A stretch of DNA of 64,000 nucleotides from the human T2T-CHM13v2.0 reference genome, Homo sapiens, in NCBI RefSeq assembly GCF_009914755.1, contig NC_060927.1; one strand, given 5' to 3'. The first letter of the stretch is position 1. Each line of letters begins with the position of its first letter. Both the position numbers and the translations under genes were made by a program. The notes beneath the pieces were generated by a model that saw only the letters and a program-made list of their open reading frames with translations, had not been told where the DNA came from and did no database searches. Shown here one piece after another: positions 57,820-64,000 of the stretch.

Positions 57820-58220
57820 TGATCCACCCACCTTGGCCTCCCAAAGTGCTGGGATTACAGGCGTGAGCCACTGCGCCTGGCCAGTTTTACTTTCTTTTAA
57901 TCTTATTTTTAACACAGCACATACTACCTTATGTTGCACTGGGCTCAGACCTAGTCTCTAAACAAAAGGAATTCTTTACGTACTTTTCACATCTTACATT
58001 GTACATATCACTTAGAGCTTTTGGTGGAAGATTATTGGAGACAAGTGTTTTAAAATGACAATAAAATGTTTCCTACCAGTTTTCTGGAAAACATCATTTT
58101 ATTGTTTTGCTGTGTATTGGCCTTGAGACCCTAAACACCTGTGTTGTAGCCTTGTGATCCTTCTTTGTACGGTAGTATTTTTCCTGTCATTTTTTAGTTA
58201 ACTCTTGGAGCCATCTTTGA

Positions 58221-58631
<411 letters not shown>

Positions 58632-59549
58632 TAGGCTGCTATTTTGCTGTCTCCTGATAGGCTTTTAAAAATCCATCTCCTTTCTTCATAGGGCATCCTA
58701 CACAACAGTATCTGATCAGTCTGCTTAAAACCGCAGAACCTTTCTGCTATCCCTTTCAGAAAACTTGGTTGAATTCCTGTTAAAGTGCGAATGCCCCCAC
58801 CTGCTCTCAGGGCTCATTTTGACTCGATTTACTTCCCCTAGATTGTCTCGCACAAATCCCCTGATGAACATTCTGCTCTAGCCATGGCAGTCTATTCATG
58901 TCATAGAGATGCCTTGGGCCGTCTTTCCTTGGGTCTTTTTTAATGCTCTTCCCCTCCTCAGATGCTTGTCTGAATTCTTTGCATTCTTCAAGTTCTTATG
59001 TAGCTTTTCCTGGCTGTTAAAGCCTGAAGTGATCTTTGTATTTTGTACAGTAAATAATGACGTGTATTTGATTCTGTAAATATACATTAAATATTAAATA
59101 CTCTAAATATTAGAGTTACATAAAATTTAAAGTTCCTAGAATGTGTGAAATTACTATATCCTGCATTTCTGACAGGTAGTCATTTACTCTCTCCTTACCC
59201 ATTACCCTAGAGCACAGCACTTCCCAAGCCAACACATTGATCCATTTAGTAAAACCTTGACCCCGTTTGTCCTTTTGTCGTAGTGTTTCTTTTTTCTGTT
59301 TTGTTTGTTTGTTTTGAGACAGGATCTCGCTTTGTCACCCATGCTGAAGTGCGGTGATGCAAACACGGTTCACTGCAGTCTCAACTTCCTGGATTCAAGC
59401 AATCCTCCCGCATCATCCTCCTGAGTAGTTGGGACCACAGGCGTGCGCCACCATGCCTGGCTAATTGTTTAATTATTTTTGTAGAGTTGAGGTCTCGCCA
59501 TGTTGCCCAGGCTGGTTTTTTTGTTTGTTCGTTCGTTTGTTTTTTGTAG

Positions 59550-59660
<111 letters not shown>

Positions 59661-61138
59661 TGAGACTACGGGAACATGCCACCACACCTGGCTAATTTTT
59701 GTAGAGACAGGCTTTTGCCATGTTGTCCAGGCTGGTATTAAACTCCTGGACTCAAGCAATCAGCCTGCCTTAGTCTCCCAAAGTTCTGGGACTACAGAAG
59801 TGAGCCACCAAGCCTGGCCTCAGGCTGTTGATTTTTGAAATAATACAGAATAAGGCTTTGTTTTATAAGAACGCTAAAAATGTTTAATGATAGCCTTCAT
59901 GTCTCCTGAAATCATTTCTACTCCAGGCAAAACCTGTTCCTGTTACATTTCTTGTATGCTTTGTTTTCCAGTTCCTCTTCTTGTTTTGATACTAGTTCTG
60001 TCCTATCCAATGTCCCTCTTGAAATTTGGTCCCAACAATGAAAGATACACCCGTGCGGATTACAGAGAGACTATTATTTCTATGCTCTGGAGACTGTGAA
60101 AATGGATGTAACCTAAAATTACCTTTTTTTTTTTTTTTTTAGCAGTCATACTGTTAGCTAAGGTTTAAATATTAAAACTCCAGATTTCTTCCATGGAACC
60201 ACTATTAATCCACCCTGTATTGCTTTTTATCTTGTGAACACTAACTCTCATAACTGACTGAGTTGTCCTCTCTATGTTGGCTGCTAAGAAACTCAGCCAG
60301 ACGTGACACCTACCTCTCATAAGCCTTTAAAACCTTGTATTTACTAACCTACCCTGGCTTCATTTTTTCCCTCTCTTTTTTTTTTCTACCCAATTTAATA
60401 CTTTTCCCTGTTAATCTTATTGCATGTTTATATTGTTATCACAAGTTCTTTTTTTAGTGGTGGAATATAAATTTACAAATAAGAACTTAACCTTTTTCTG
60501 TGTAATTGTAAACTCTTGTTTATATTATTAACATACCCTCAGTTTGTGTTCCTCTCTCAAAAAACAAATCATGATGCCAGTATATTTGAAGTCATTAGCA
60601 TAGCCTCTACTGCCTATGTTTTCATTCTTTTTTTTAAGTGCTTAGTAAATATACTCTGAGTATATAATTGTGTCCAAGAATGTATGCATTTAAAATATGT
60701 ATAGCCTGTCATTTAAAATATCTGTACACAGTCTTTGCAAACCTCATCTATGTGGCTGCATGATATTTCAGAGATTGATGGTCCATGGTTTACTTACACA
60801 TTCCTTTATTCTGGATTTTTATGTTGTTTTTAGTTTGGTTATAGATAATGCTGCAGTAAACATCTTTTTGTGTAAAACTTCCTCCATTTTTACATTGTCC
60901 TTAGAATAGGTTTTTTAAAATTATAATTTATATTAAAAATATAGTAACTATATGTCTGAGGTTTTTATTGATTTTACTCAATTTTTTATTGAAGTGATGA
61001 ATTTATATTTTACATTATGAAAAAGTAGATCCTATGGTATGAAGACTTGCAAAAGAGCTGTAGATAAAGATTGTATCCTATGATAATATGTAAGTAAGTG
61101 CAGTGAAATTTAACACTCTCCCTTTTGTCTTTCCATAG

Positions 61139-61183
61139 CTGGATAGAACTTATACTGGCTTGCAGACTCTTGGAGCAGAGACG
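61139..61183 (+). CDS. YEATS2: YEATS2 exon 9 (LDRTYTGLQTLGAET); CDS continues beyond the window
   Basis: tttccatag acceptor, ACG|gtaggt donor; 45 nt; cumulative CDS is 969 nt = 323 codons with no stop. Confidence 0.95.
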
Positions 61184-61265
61184 GTAGGTTTTTTTCCTAC
61201 AGTATTATCTGGGAATGAGTAGGATGAAAATTGATCTTCATTTTTTGTTTGTTTGTTTGTTTTGA

Positions 61266-61481
<216 letters not shown>

Positions 61482-61532
61482 TAATTAGGGAAAAAATTAG
61501 TGTTAGTTTTTTTTTTTAAAGTTTGCCTTTCT

Positions 61533-61974
<442 letters not shown>

Positions 61975-62251
61975 TGATCCACCCGCTTTGGCCTCCCAAA
62001 GTGCTGGGATTACAGGCGTGAGCCACCACACCAGGCTTTCTCCTTTTCTCTTCTCTTTTCTTCTTTTTCTCTTCTCTTTTTTTAATTGAGACAGGGTCTT
62101 ACTCTGTCAGCCAGGCTGGAGTACAGTAACATCATGGCTCACTGCAACCTTGAATTGCTAGACTCCAGCCATTCTCCCACCTCAGCCTCCCAAGTAGCTA
62201 GGACTGTACACCTGCACTAGCAAGCCCAGCTAATTTTTACATTTTTTATAG

Positions 62252-62614
<363 letters not shown>

Positions 62615-62724
62615 TAGACCAGGATGGTCTCGATATCCTGACCTTGTGATCCGCCCATCTCGGCCTCCCAAAGTGCTGGGATTACAGGCGTGAGCCATGG
62701 CGCCCGGCCGGTTCATATATTTTT

Positions 62725-64000
<1,276 letters not shown>

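Overview
Primate (most likely human) genomic DNA, very rich in Alu and other interspersed repeats, covering the 5' part of YEATS2 on the + strand. It contains a CpG-island promoter with a non-coding exon 1 (~11.3-11.47 kb) and eight coding exons (28644-61183) that splice in frame, all GT-AG, into residues 1-323, including most of the YEATS acyl-lysine reader domain; the gene continues past the window end. Intron 1 carries a (TTTTA)7 Alu-tail tract that fits the FAME4/BAFME4 epilepsy repeat, in non-expanded form. Intron 8 holds Tigger2a and a near full-length Tigger1 interrupted by three Alus and by a young, 5'-inverted L1 with an unusual 49-nt duplication. Almost all other ORFs in the track are Alu, L1, L2, Tigger or GC-rich artefacts. 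I found no convincing new multi-gene system. The best leads are smaller: a 56-codon overlapping uORF at the YEATS2 start, a ~116-bp direct duplication bracketing the in-frame exon 7 of the reader pocket, a second diverged intronic duplication, an L2 relic with alternating orientation, a fold-back Alu fusion, and a probable CR1/L3 fossil. Repeat family names come from remembered consensus sequences and need RepeatMasker/Dfam confirmation; repeat boundaries are approximate unless a TSD or TIR is quoted.
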